DNA of 64,000 bases from Glycera tridactyla (lineage: Eukaryota), in contig OZ286469.1 in the NCBI GenBank assembly GCA_965644265.1, forward strand, positions 38,688,001 through 38,752,000. The letters are read 5' to 3'. The notes under the pieces are model-generated. The model did no database searches. It worked only from the letters and a program-made list of their open reading frames with translations, and was not told the DNA's origin. Positions within the stretch are counted from its first letter, which is position 1. The number at the start of each line of letters is the position of its first letter. Of the stretch, positions 26,801 through 39,760 are shown in pieces. The position numbers and the translations under genes were made by a program.

Positions 26801-27124
26801 TTACAGGAAGGACAAAAGTAGCTGAATTGTTTGATACCAATGAGAATCTAATCATATGTAAGGCCAAAGAGACAATTGTCCCTCATCACATCAGACCACA
26901 ATCCAAAAGAGACAGCGACTCTCCTGAAGCCAAGAGACATCAGTATCAGTCATGAGATGGGGAAAGGCCATATCATCTTGGAGCTGAACAAAATTCCGAA
27001 TGAAAAAATTGGATCGCTCATCAGTACCAATGGGATAATTTGGCCCAATACACATCCAACCAAATGAGAAATTTGATGAAGCACTTTCCCAAATCCCAAT
27101 TATCAAGCAAGAATCTGATTGTTC

Positions 27125-27620
27125 TGAAATAGACAATTCAGTCAAGTCTGACTGCCATGAACCCTGTAGTATTGACAATCAAAACCTAAGATCAATGACT
27201 ATGAAAATGACGACCGGCTTAGGACTTATCATGAAATGGACTACTCAGTCAAAACTGACTGCCTTTGATCTACAGTAATGACAATCAATACCTGAAATTA
27301 ATGACTATGAAAATGACAACTGCAACTGGAATAGTTATAAATGGACTATTTGGCCAAGACTGACTGCCTTGGACCTACAGTAATGACAATCAATATCTGA
27401 AATTAATGACTATAAAAATGACAACTTCCACAGGACTGATTATGAAATGGACTACTCAATCTAGACTGACTGCCTTGGACCTACAGTATTGAAATCAATG
27501 ACTTTAAAAATGACAACTGTCACGGGACTGATTATGAAATCGACTACTCAATCTAGACAGACTTTCTTGGACCTACAGTAAGGATATCAATATCTGAAAT
27601 CAATAACTATGAAAATTACT
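27125..27620. repeat. ~105-bp minisatellite, 4-5 copies, with a decayed continuation to ~27950
   Basis: aatgactatgaaaatgac anchors at 27194, 27300, 27405, 27497 and 27602. Confidence 0.9.
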
Positions 27621-27960
27621 ACCACAATGCCTAATGCCTCAAGACAAATTATCAGATTCTACAGCATCAATATTCAATATTCTCATCAGAATTAGTAAGA
27701 AAATGACTAGTGCTACAATGACCGATTGCTTTCAACTCACAACATTCATCTATACCTGTAGCATTGAACTTAATAAAGACGATGAACTATTGCATCTGAA
27801 CCTACAGCGATGAAATCCAATCTCTCTCATTTAATTGTTATGAATACAACTACTGTTACAAGACTGATTGCCTCGGACTCACAACACTAACATTCAATAT
27901 CTACAATGGAAATATGACTCTGAAAATGACTTTTGCCGTGAGACTATATCCTGAAACGCA

Positions 27961-27991
27961 CAAGTAACCAAGTAACCAAGTAACCAAGTAA
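27961..27991. repeat. (CAAGTAAC)4
   Basis: Direct reading of the sequence. Confidence 0.9.
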
Positions 27992-30900
27992 TCTAGTGCC
28001 TGATTTTATATTGGAAAGCTCTGGCGATGGCACCAATTTAACTCAGCAAAATAATTATTCTGGGACCTCAGAAGTAGACCTCCATACTACTGTGTGTTCT
28101 GCACACGTGCCCTAACAACACAGTAGGAAGGACCAAAGAGCTTAGGCATTCCCAAAAGTTGAATCGACCTCAGTGAAAAACCACATTGAAAATGAAGACA
28201 TCTCATAGCTTTTCCGATGACCACAAAGCCTCTTCACTGGTGATTCTATTGCAGTTTGGTTGATAACAAGCTTATGATATCTGAGCTCTGAGAGTTCTAT
28301 GATGTGATATTTTTGTGACAAGAACTGGACTGCACAATCCAGTAAAATAAGCCACCCAGTAATTGTTTATATTTCAGATTTGATATCACTTTGTTATCAA
28401 ATTTCTGCAACAGCTCACTCCCAATATGATGACACTGAATATTTATGGTATGAAATGGCATTATTTGTCGAATTTCAATGTCTGTAATTCAGAAACAAAG
28501 AAGACCATGGCATTTATATACGGTCTCTATGGTGTGACCTTCTCTGGTTTGACCATTACAGTCAATCATACTCACAACACCAGTTTGTCAAGTGAGTATG
28601 TTTAGGTAACTGAATTGATTTTGTAAGCTGAATTACATACATCATGGATCATAGGCTGGAGATCTTTCTTCTTAGATTTACACTGAATGCTAACTGAGCA
28701 TTCTTAAGTATGGTATTGGAAACCCAAACTACCATCAATGGCTTTGTTTTCATGTTCACCCCATCTTTGCTGATGAATCCCATCATCATGTGCAAATATT
28801 CATGTTTTCTGATACATGATGTATACATTTGATGCAATTTGTCAGACTGGAGCACTCATTACAGCCAGGAAATATTTAAAGATAATCGTGAACAATATTC
28901 ATACTCTCTATCGTGATGATTGTATGTATTGGGACATCCTATTCTCTGAATGAAGACAATAGCTCCATTTCCGCCAGGCGATCCCGTCAGTACAAAGGCA
29001 TGTGAGTCACTACATACAGGTTCTAGAGTGGAACAAGTGATAGTACAAAACTTCCGACTGGGTGGCCCATCGGCGAAATCACCAACTATGCCTTAACCTT
29101 GCCACATTCTTCCTTATGTAACATCATCAAAAATTGATCTATTGACTTATTTTCTCCACAAGTTTACCCAAAACAATATTTGTGGGTGTTTCAATGTCAA
29201 ACTCACTCATTATATGCAATTAGCATTTGCACTTAGATTTGGTGAGCTCTCTCTTTTCAGATAAATTTTCACACCTTTTGCTCATGTTTCTCAATACAAT
29301 GACGGAATCACTCACAAATATTGTTATTGATGTTGATGAAGAGTTGAGTCGATTTAATCATTTTCAGTGAAGATAAATGCGTAAGAATGACACATGGTCA
29401 AACCGAATGCATGCATCCAACATGCTTCAAATAACAGCACAGGCGAGTTGTGCTCATTACTTGTTGCACTCTGGAATCCGTATGTAGCCATTCAAATGCC
29501 CTTGGATAGGCAGGGGCACTTGATGGAGATGACACTATTTTCATTGCTCAAATTCCCAAATTGACTGCTAAAGAACCATCCCAAAACTGCATCAAAAACT
29601 ACCAACTGAGAAATAGAACAGCTCCGCTCAGAGCCAAAGGCTCATGGAAGTACATGAGCTAAAATGCTAATTTGCTTCAAGCTAATATCTCAAAAAGAAC
29701 ACGCAAAAAAAATGCATTTGTATACAAAAAAATATTGTAAATCAGTGTATGAACACTGAGAAGCGAGCCAAGAGAATGTGTATTGTTTCACAAGAGTGTA
29801 AGAAGTCAAACAAAACTTTCTCATGACCTGATCTGATAATCTGATTCATAAAGGGTTAATAAAAAAATATACTTCTAAAACCTAATCTATCTATGAATCT
29901 GTTCAATACAGTCTTCACGTTTTCACCCCCTCGAAAGAAGTCATCGGCCGAATACAAATCTCATGAGATTCACAACATAATATCATGATGTCACGGCTAA
30001 TGCGTGTACTAGTGATTGCTTCTTTTATGCGGATACTCGATAAATCTTACGTACTACTCAACTTCACAATATTGGATACCAACGAAGAATGAGTTGTCGA
30101 TCATATCATGGCAAAAATCCACAATGCAAGCATTATTTCTGGATGTTATACCATGGATATGTCGGTCATGGTCACGGTAAAAGTATAAGACCAATTTAAT
30201 GGAGGATATGAGATTTACTGTGTCTGACATAATTTACACGGTGAAAAACCCTGTAAAATCACATTTTCATATCACCTCATGAAGAATAACTTATACCTTT
30301 CATGGTGTTTTACAATCATCAATGTAGGATTTTGTATCGAAGAAATAGCTTCATATCCATATTTCCAAAAAGTAATATAATGTAAAGAATATCATCACAA
30401 AATATGCAAATTTCAGGCCAGCAGTAATGGAATATACAGCAAAATGGCCCTATATTGAAATTTCAAATAGTCAATTTTACATCACTATGTTATCATTCCT
30501 GCATCTTTGCGACAAAACAACTTGGCAAAATGCCATTTTCAGTACCAAAATGTCACACTGCCTTTTTTCACAACTGACGTAGGTAATGAATATATAATTG
30601 TACTCATGTGTATATGCATAAAAGAATCAATGTCACTATTTTTATATACTACTGGCAATCGTAACTCCAGTATGTGCCCATGGTGATCGCACTTTGTCCT
30701 AAACAGTGATGACATCCCGAAAAAAATGTATTTTGACCCGAAATAGGGATGTGATGATACAAAGACAATCCAGTGTATGGAAGCTGAATAAGATTTGAGT
30801 CGAATAATGGACCCCCAAAAAATAAAATGATCATTGAACATGCAGATTTTAGGCACTATTCAGCTAATTCTCGTAGCCTTTTCACATAACCGCTCTGTTC

Positions 30901-33475
30901 TAAATGAACAGAAGAAAACAAAATGAAATGATTTGGAAGGTATCTTTTTTTTTGTTTGGTTCGTGAAGACTGCAAAAGAGAGGTTGGAAAGCTTACCTGC
31001 GGATTCTGGGTGGGTGATGAAATACAAGACGATTGATGATTAGAAGTACAGAAAAGCCATAAAACCAAAAAAACCACTAGGAAGTATATGTCCCGGACAT
31101 GAAATAAACTAAAATGAAGGAGACCTCAAGAAAACGCCTACAATGTATCAAAAAAGAAACTCAACGATTGGTGACTGCTCCTAGTTTACAAAAAAAATGA
31201 TAAAGATTAGTTTTGTGTGTGCATGTGTTACCGGGATCATATTTTCATTGCTAGCACTGCCTGTCTGACTGCCGAGGACAGTTTTGGGGTGCAAAAAATA
31301 TCGTTTAACCAAATCTGCTAGGTTGCTATCATCCAAGTGTGGTAGTGAATCTGGAATATACAACAACTGCGGACCTGCGGAAACTAAGGAGATGAACAAC
31401 ACATGAACATATTAACATACATACAACCATGCTGCGACTCTCATACACGCATGTCTATCCGAGTCTATAGGATTGTGAAATAATGAGATGGAAATCCGAC
31501 TCGACTAGTGATCACGTGCTCATGTCTCTCCCACCCTCACCAATGGCCGATACTGCAGTGCTGCAAATGGACAGTCGTTTGGTCATTCGTGACCACCAAA
31601 TTTTGTAGTGAATCACCAAAAGCAAAAGAACACATGCCCACTTGGAACTCCAAATTTCATCACCAATTTGACATGAGCTGATTTGTGCAGACCAACAAAA
31701 ATGTCGGGTTGAACCAGTTGCCGGACTTGGTGGTCCAGTTTGTTCACTAACTTATTCAATCCTGTTTGTAGCATTATTATTATTTCATGGAGTGACATGA
31801 AAAGTATGTCATCCACTGATATATCTAAGCACCATTTCCAAAAATGTTAGAAAATGAATCTAGAGAAATGAGAGAAAGTCTTATATGATATTTGAATGAC
31901 AGTCAGTTAGCCTTACTTTGTGACACCTTTCATTTCTACCAAGATTCTTTGTATGCAAAATGTTGACTACAGAAAATGACCTATGACAAAAATAATTATC
32001 CAGATATATACCAGCAGATATAAGTCTTTCAAATGAACATCCATCAAATTCATTACACATACACCTACACAGAGAGACACTCGCACACGCNNNNNNNNNN
32101 NNNNNNNNNNNNNNNNNNNNNNNNNNNNNNNNNNNNNNNNNNNNNNNNNNNNNNNNNNNNNNNNNNNNNNNNNNNNNNNNNNNNNNNNNNNNNNNNNNNN
32201 NNNNNNNNNNNNNNNNNNNNNNNNNNNNNNNNNNNNNNNNNNNNNNNNNNNNNNNNNNNNNCGCCTCACACGCCTATAGAATTGACAGACATCATCACAC
32301 TATTTGTTTCAATGTTATGGCTATATGCACACAGGAATCAGCATCATTTATGAGGGAAATTTAGTTCCCACTATTTGTTAGATTAATAAGCAGGGAGCAC
32401 TTTCTAATGCAACAATAACCCGCATTGTTAATGGTTACCATATCAAACAATCAAATACCTAGTTCAAAAAGTTATTAGCCAAAAGCAGGTGTCTCCCGAG
32501 TAAGCGAAATGACAGCATGCCTGAGGTTTTGTTAGTATTAGCAAGATATTTTGAATCAAAATGGATAAAATGGAAGCTGCTGCCTGCTAAAAGACGCGCA
32601 ATTGAATTATGCACATCATGTTTCGATCTCCTACAGCCTTTGTGAAGATTTCATAATGTTGATGTTCTCTCAGATATTTGGAGTATCTACTGGATTTGAA
32701 CTTGAATTCTCTCAAGACTTCATTCCCAGTCTAATTTGAGATTGAGATTGAGTAACTTATATTTTCATTCACAGATACAAAGCTAGTGTCATGATAATAT
32801 TATTTTATGCATGACCATGACAATAAACCGGCATAAAAAATTCAGTTCAGCGAGATGAAATATGACAAGAGATATCCATGAGAAAACGTATGAAAAATTT
32901 GGGGCCACAGAAATATCTATAGATACCAATGTTATATTTTTTCTTGATATGTAATTTTGGATACTTCTGAGCATCGACAATAAAAGATTGGTGCCACTAT
33001 GATCTGAGAGAAACAGCCTCTGAATAAGATTCAGGCAGCCAGTGAAAAGTCCACCACCAACATTAAAATCAATAGAAGCAGAAATACACCAGTTAATTCC
33101 CTGTGAAGGAAGAAAAAATTAGCAAAGTGCTAGGAAATCATGTGAATCTCAACATGGCTTTAGCATGTGATAAAACAATATTGCAAAATGATATCCAGCC
33201 CACTTATGAAAAATGGAATGTGATTAATTGGAATCGAAAGCGATTCTTAATTACCAATCAAGTTAAAGCTTGTTCTGTCACCAGATCATACCTGATGTGT
33301 TAGAGCTCCCATGAGTGGTGGTTTGCTCTACTGCAGTGTCCAACCACATTGCTTGACTCAAATGAATGTAGGTCAATCCTGGTGATGAAGAATCAACCGA
33401 TGACACTAGAATTATTTTGCACACTGACTTGATATGTGCAGTGATGGTGTGTCATATAAAGATAGAGATCAGAGA

Positions 33476-33865
33476 TAAACTCTGTCAAATCCAAATGTGG
33501 CGGGTACGTTTCAGCCACTAACTTCGTCAATTTTTATCTGATTTGACTTTTTATGACATGAATAGATTATACAGATCTTCCGGCGATTACCGAATTTAGT
33601 CTCGGGTGGTCTGTATACTTTGAAAGATGAGTACGGCATCTTTCATTGAATTTTTTTGTTGAATCCTCCGCCATTATCGGCGATTATTTGTATGCGCAAC
33701 AGTGGAGAAATAGCCACCGCACTTGCCGCGAAACCAGCGTGAAATCGACATATTTTGTGCTCAAAGGTGAACTATACAGTGGGATTTCGCCGTGATCACA
33801 TTTCTAATCGTTGGAGATTCTAGGGCAAAAAACGTACCCGCCATGATTAAGCTTGACAGACTTTA
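33476..33865. mobile_element. Non-autonomous TIR element (Kolobok-like termini)
   Basis: taaactctgtcaaatccaaatgtggcgggtacgttt ... aaacgtacccgccatgattaagcttgacagacttta: ~35-bp imperfect TIR with TAAA/TTTA flanks. Superfamily is inferred. Confidence 0.6.
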
Positions 33866-34758
33866 GAGATCATCATGCTTCATTTTACACAAAAGAAAAC
33901 ATGTCAAGAGACTTCCCTCAATATCTTTCAATTTGAATATGAATGTATTGGATCATCAAAATTACAATCACCAATCTGTGTTTTTGAGGCACAACTGACA
34001 GGAGTGACATTTTGAATTAAATGGGCAATCAATGAAATCCTACCATCTCACTTGGTAGGGCTCTCTCTATTACATGCATGCATGCATGCACGCACACACT
34101 CCTCCCACATACCAAGCATCCCCCCCCCCCCCCCCCCCCACCACTACACACACACATTAGCAAATTCACAATCACGGCTCTCTCTTACATGCACACACAC
34201 ACCCACACCCACACACATGCAAACCCACAATCAGACCTCTTGCTGGCTATGAACCAGACATTCAATTCTTCAAAGTTTTTTTTCAAAATAGATCAGGGCC
34301 CTTCTTTCAAATAAGATTCAATTTCAGCCACAATATCATCAGTCCAATGAACACGAGATGTATGAGTGTGAGCCTAGAATAATGACCAAAGATGTCTGCT
34401 TCTGTTTTGAGCCAGTGAACAGCACCACCACAAGGACAAAGTAGGTAAATGCTGGTTCACTGCATGAATAATAGGTGGCTCCACTGACTTGTTCACATAT
34501 TTGTCAGTAGATGGCAGGTATTCACAAACATACTCAGCCACCAGGTGTCAGTGATCTGGTGCAAAACAATCAGGAGATTCAGTTTTTCCTCCAGCAAATA
34601 TTGATTAAAGATGAAAATCAACCACATTTTGAAAAAGTTTCTTCTCATAGAGTGATATCTCAACTGCCAAACCATGGAAGTATGTCATCTCAAGTTCTCA
34701 CTTCGATGTCACTTCAATAATGTGTGAAATACTCAGATGGCTATCATAGCAGCGAACA

Positions 34759-34915
34759 TACAATGAAACCTGTGATGAGAGACCATTGAGACCACCTCTG
34801 ATGCAAGACCACTATTTCAGGCATTGTCACAATTTGACATAGTCAAATTTACCTCAAACAAGAGTCCACCTCTTGATGAAATTTGTGGTGAATTCTCGTC
34901 GCAGGTCCCACTGTA
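34759..34915. mobile_element. Family A MITE
   Basis: TAcaatgaaacctgtgatgagagacc ... tttgacatagtcaaa ... gcaggtcccactgTA. Confidence 0.7.
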
Positions 34916-36864
34916 CTATGTGCGACAACATCAAAAATGCACAAATTACAGAACTCGAAATATTTCGCCATTCTCTCTTCGATTTTTTTTAGGAAATAAA
35001 GTGGAATCTTGAATGATGAGGGTGTGTATACGACTAGGTTAAAATCAGAAATAAGGTGCGGATTTGACATCAGAGTGAGGACGACACCATAGCAGGGCCA
35101 GTGAGTCAGACAGCACGGAGACAGATCGGGAACGAGCGAGCAGGGGGTTGGGAGGTGGGGATGGGGGAGGTCACATCAAGTCTGAAAGATAAACAGACAG
35201 CATGCATGTTAAAAGAAAAACGAGGGATATGAAAGCAGCAGGCTTGAAGACTGACTGAAAAGAGTCTGAAAGAGTTTGAGAGATTTTTATACAGATTTAA
35301 ACATTCGGTGAACATCAAACATAACAGGAGACTGAACAAACAAGTTCATATTCTAATACCAAAACAGAATAAGCAATATTGTATGCAGTGGAGTCAAGCT
35401 ATATTTGAAAACATTCATGAAGAGCTACTGGGAACTATTGGGAGGCAATTGCTACTCAAGCAACAATACATGGGGAGGTGACATATTTGATGAGTTCGGC
35501 TTGACATGAAGATTTGTTTTCATATTTGATGGTGTCAGTGTATCCGCATGGATCATCATTCACAACTCCCTGTCGTCCACTACTCACTGAGCCCATAAGT
35601 TCTCTTTCCTTTCATATCAAGTTTTCATACTTATTTTTCGAGGGGCCGTGTATCACCGTGGATCCACTGGCTGTCTTCGAGCAACTATGGCTGGGGTTGG
35701 ACAGGAGTCAAGATTCCTTCAATAACACTGAGTCACAGTTGCCAAGAGTTGAGAAAAGGGACTGGATGGTTCCTGAAAGTTTATGACCTTTCAAGTATTA
35801 CTGTGAGTACTGTGAACTTCTACCATTGCGATTCCTTCAATCTCGGCTGGGCTATTATAAAGGTCTCCCTTCTTCAGGGGTCTGAAAGTGCTCGAAACAC
35901 CAACCTTGTATTTCCAGGATGACCTACACCATTCTGCTGTGGTTTTTCAGGGTTCTTTTTTCTCATGATTTATAACATATCCTGGTAAGTAATATATTGT
36001 GAGATGATGCTGAGTTGAATTGACCAGAAGGCTTCAAATCAAACACAAAAATCTGCCATGTATAGGCAATTGACAGGAATGACTGGCTTATAACAAAACT
36101 CGCAATGACCAGAATTATAAAAAAAACTTGTGATCATCAGCAAAGCCGGCTTCAAAAGAGTTTGTATACTTCTAGATATGATTCACCATATAGCTATTTT
36201 CATCCATTCACCCCAATTGCTGATTTCATCAGCAATGAAATGTGCATCAGAATGCCATGCAAATATGGAATTCTTGTCAAGTTTGTATTTTGTTGAATGC
36301 ATCAACAAATCTTGTTCGTGAATTCCCACTGGAAGTGCAGTCAATCACTGCACTAAATCCCATGCATATTGCAAGAAATGGATGAACCAACTAACATATA
36401 CCTGCACTCAGGAGGAAATAAGTCCCTTCCAGATTTTGACAAAAAGGCCCTCAGAGAAGAATTTTGCCTCAGCTGAAATACAAGCACATTGACAGCCTGT
36501 GCATGTAAGCTGAGCTAACCTAACATCCACATTTCTGTATTCACACCTGAATACAGTATCATGCCAGACATAGGCATAAGCAAGTCTGTTCTGATAATCT
36601 CACAATCTAGTAAATCCTTTCATGATAATCTTACAATTTATTAAATCCTTTCATGATATCACATTTGATATCAATATACATCTGATCATCCCAGCTAAGA
36701 TATTTCCAGTCAAACTTGCCCTAAGCAACAGGTTTTTGTTCATCTCATCTGAGTATTTTCCACCTGCATTGACCTGTACAAACTTGCTCCAACCACACCG
36801 TTTTTTTCTGTTCCCAAAGCATCGTGCATAAGACAAATTTGACTGTATCATCAATATACATATG

Positions 36865-37050
36865 AATATCTCATCTAAACGAATTATTACCAACATCTAG
36901 CTGATTATCTCATTTACGCCAATTATTATCAATATCCATCTGATTATCTCAATCAGGTCAATTATTGTCAATATGGCTTATGCAGCTGGTTATCTCATCT
37001 AAATCAATAATCATCAATATCATTATCAGAGGTTATAACTCATCAATGGG
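36865..37050. repeat. Degenerate ~40-bp tandem repeat
   Basis: Recurrent ctgattatctcat..caattatt.tcaat units. Confidence 0.55.
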
Positions 37051-37497
37051 TTCAGTGATGGTGACAATTGTTCTTATCTGATATCATTGATAATGACAAA
37101 ATGGATACCTTTAAAAAGAGAACAATCTACATTGTGATGTTGTTTGTGAATATTGTGAATGGTTAAACAAATCGACGGGGGGAGAAGAGAGTAACGGACG
37201 TCTGGTCTGCACGACAGCAAGGTGAGATGTGAATTCTCACGTTAACTGGCGGAACCTAGCAACCGGTTCACCTGCGTCATCAGTGTAGCCGGTTACCCGG
37301 CTACGTAACAACGTCGCTCAGTGCCGTGGGGGCCGTGACGTCATAAAGGTGACGTCGAGACGTCTAGGACGTCACAATGGTCCTGCCCATATTGGGTACT
37401 GAGATGATTGTCTCTCAATGATGGTTGGAGCCCCATCTTGGGAGATGCAGAGATCAATGCCAGGGCTTAAAATTAGCTCCCTGGGACTGGTGTTATG

Positions 37498-37545
37498 ATG
37501 ACTAGATGCTGTTTCGTCTCTTATGAGACTCATCAGGTGCAAAGC
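37498..37545 (-). ncRNA. Hammerhead ribozyme core (PLE-associated, possibly degenerate)
   Basis: Minus strand reads gcac-CTGATGA-GTCTC-ataa-GAGAC-GAAA-cagcatctaGTC: exact catalytic core with a 5-bp stem II, ~300 bp past the EN stop, where PLE hammerheads are known to lie. Stems I and III do not pair cleanly. Confidence 0.6.
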
Positions 37546-37841
37546 TGTCTCCATATGAACTATGGAAGTCCCTGGCAGGTAGTTGCCTGCTTGAAATTTG
37601 GTGAAGAAGCCATTTTTCAGTGGGATATTTGGTGCCTGAATGGTCACCCATTTATCTAAATGATTAAATGATTTATTCAGTGAGACAGGATATGGATTGC
37701 CTCAACTGTGGTCTGCCTGAGTGGTTGGTCAGCCAGTTATAAAAGATACCAGGGGTATGTAAGTAATTCCTACATGCCCGTGCCCTGGGTATCTGGGGGC
37801 CCCTTAAGGGAACGGGGGGTGGGGGCACCCGGGTACCATGG

Positions 37842-38279
37842 TTAGTCCATACTATTGAGGCCGAATGGCATGGAAGTCCTAAGGCGGTGGATCCATTTAG
37901 TTTCATGGATGTCTCGTTCATATTGGGCTAGGGTAGAGTCTGGGTTGGCCTTAATAAATTTAAGGACAAAAATCTCTAGTACCTCCAGGCCAGGGTGCCC
38001 TGTCTGTGTAAAGTGTGCGCCCATTGGGGTGTCTCTGAGTGGTTTCTTGATTGAGCGGAAGTGCTCATACAGCCGTTCTCTGAGTCTCCTCTTAGTTTGT
38101 CCCACGTAAAGTTTGTGACAGTGCTGGCAGTGCAGACAGTAGATCACATTGCTACTTTCGCAAGTGTAGTTCTGACAGCATTTTGATGTTTTACCTGTGA
38201 CTGGTGACTTGATTGTGCCTGTTTTGTTGAGTTTGTGACAGTATGGGCAGTCACTGCGAGTGCAGTCCCTCATTACCAT
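37842..38279 (-). pseudogene. PLE GIY-YIG endonuclease domain (truncated, no RT, frameshifted from the upstream linker)
   Basis: CTRSDCPYC...TCESSNVIYCLHCQHCHKLYVGQTKRRLRERLYEH...HF...E.KWIHRLRTSMPFGLN is the typical PLE endonuclease with CxxC/CCHH motifs. The upstream YRRPKN frame stops at GEFQAW* and is offset from this frame by a single-base frameshift. Confidence 0.88.
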
Positions 38280-39071
38280 GCCTGAAATTCCCCTTTTGGT
38301 AGTAGCCGGGGTATTTTGAGGCGGGAGTTCACCAGAAGATCACGTAGATTTTTTGGTCTTCTGTATCCATGTATCACCTGGTGTTGGTAGAGGTCCCAGG
38401 TCGATCCAGAGGTGCCTAATATTGTGAATGGTACTATGGTGAAAAGAATACATCCATCTTTGGAGAAATACCATCTCTCTCCGTGCTAATGAATGGATGG
38501 AATGTCACCTAAATTGCGACTGATAGTTATTAGGTCACATATTCCGAAGAGGGAATATGCCTCTGATCTCTTCATTATCTTCACAATAACATGCAATTCT
38601 GCCTGTACAATGCAAGCCCCTTGCCTCCATAAAAGCTCATTTTTGTATCCAGGGCATTGCCATGGTAACCTGCTCACAAAACGTACACAAAAGGGCATCA
38701 AGCTAAAACGAGAATGCCGAGCCGTTTTCCCATCTGTATTGTGTCTGCGCATTGGCTGCCGACTGTGGCATCTGTCTAACATGCTACTATACATCTATGA
38801 TGGAATCTAGACGCTATCTCCTCCCCACATCACAACAGTTTCAGGGTACATTCCAACACTTGCTGGCATACAATAAGCCCTGCGATGAGAGACCACCCTA
38901 AATGTCACCAAAAAGGGGACGCTCAAACAAGATACCTTTGACTATGTCAGATAGGAAAGTGACCCTCATGGCTGCTCTCTAGGCATCTCTTTTTCGTGGC
39001 TGACCTATTTCTCAATTGCCGAGCATTACCCAGTGGTCATGCCCCTGGGCCTCTGGCCCATTTCATGAAAC

Positions 39072-39267
39072 TACAGTGAAACCTGTCTTGGGAGACCCCT
39101 CTTTTGGGAGACCACCCTATAATGGGAGACTGCTCTTTATTGGCTCTTCTCTATCCGACATAATCAAATATACCTCCAATGAAAGACCACCTGTCTTGAG
39201 AGACCACTTTTCATTGGCGTTTTTTTTTGGGGGGGGGGGGGGGTCTCCCAAGACAGGTTTTACTGTA
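39072..39267. mobile_element. Family A MITE, best-preserved copy
   Basis: TAcagtgaaacctgtcttgggagacc ... ggtctcccaagacaggttttactgTA: 24-bp near-perfect TIR plus TA on each side. Confidence 0.85.
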
Positions 39268-39681
39268 TTGTCAGTGTATCATGTCACTGACACAAACTTT
39301 ACTATACTCAGTGACCGCTCTCTTGGCAAATTTGGTCACATGATCATGCTTTACAGAGTGGTTGAGATGTCATGATCATTTCAACAAGATCATTCTAGAG
39401 TGAGTCAATTTGAATTTGACATGAATCAAAATGGAATCAAGAACAATCCATTTGAAAATGTTCCAAATGCTTCACATGGAGGCATCTTCGATATAATGAT
39501 GATGAATAGCTACCTGCATCAACGATAATTAGATCGACTTTGATAGAAAACAACACCAGAATAAATGATGAGTGAATAGCAAGAACACAGGCCCCCATTC
39601 ATGATATCATAATCTGCAGATTGGAAAATCAATAGTTGCATGAGACTAAAATCAATACTATTCTATGAGCTGCATATAAGT

Positions 39682-39682
<1 letters not shown>

Positions 39683-39758
<76 letters not shown>
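39683..39758. repeat. (AC)n microsatellite
   Basis: Direct reading of the sequence. Confidence 0.97.

Positions 39759-39760
<2 letters not shown>

Larger units (their letters stand above)
37164..38417 (-). mobile_element. 5'-truncated Penelope-like retroelement (PLE)
   Basis: Contains the PLE linker motif GYRRPKNLRDLLV (about 38330-38375), a C-terminal GIY-YIG endonuclease and a ~680-bp 3' region with a hammerhead core. Flanked by an exact 15-bp direct repeat AATATTGTGAATGGT (37149-37163 and 38418-38432). Confidence 0.9.

Noticed and set aside
26810-26953. Possible plus-strand terminal exon (RTKVAELFDTNENLIICKAKE...)
   Set aside because: Plausible acceptor, but no recognisable domain and no upstream exons found.
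37255-37282. Second CTGATGA on the PLE minus strand
   Set aside because: Followed by CGCAGGTGAAC, with no proper stem II or GAAA, so not a hammerhead.
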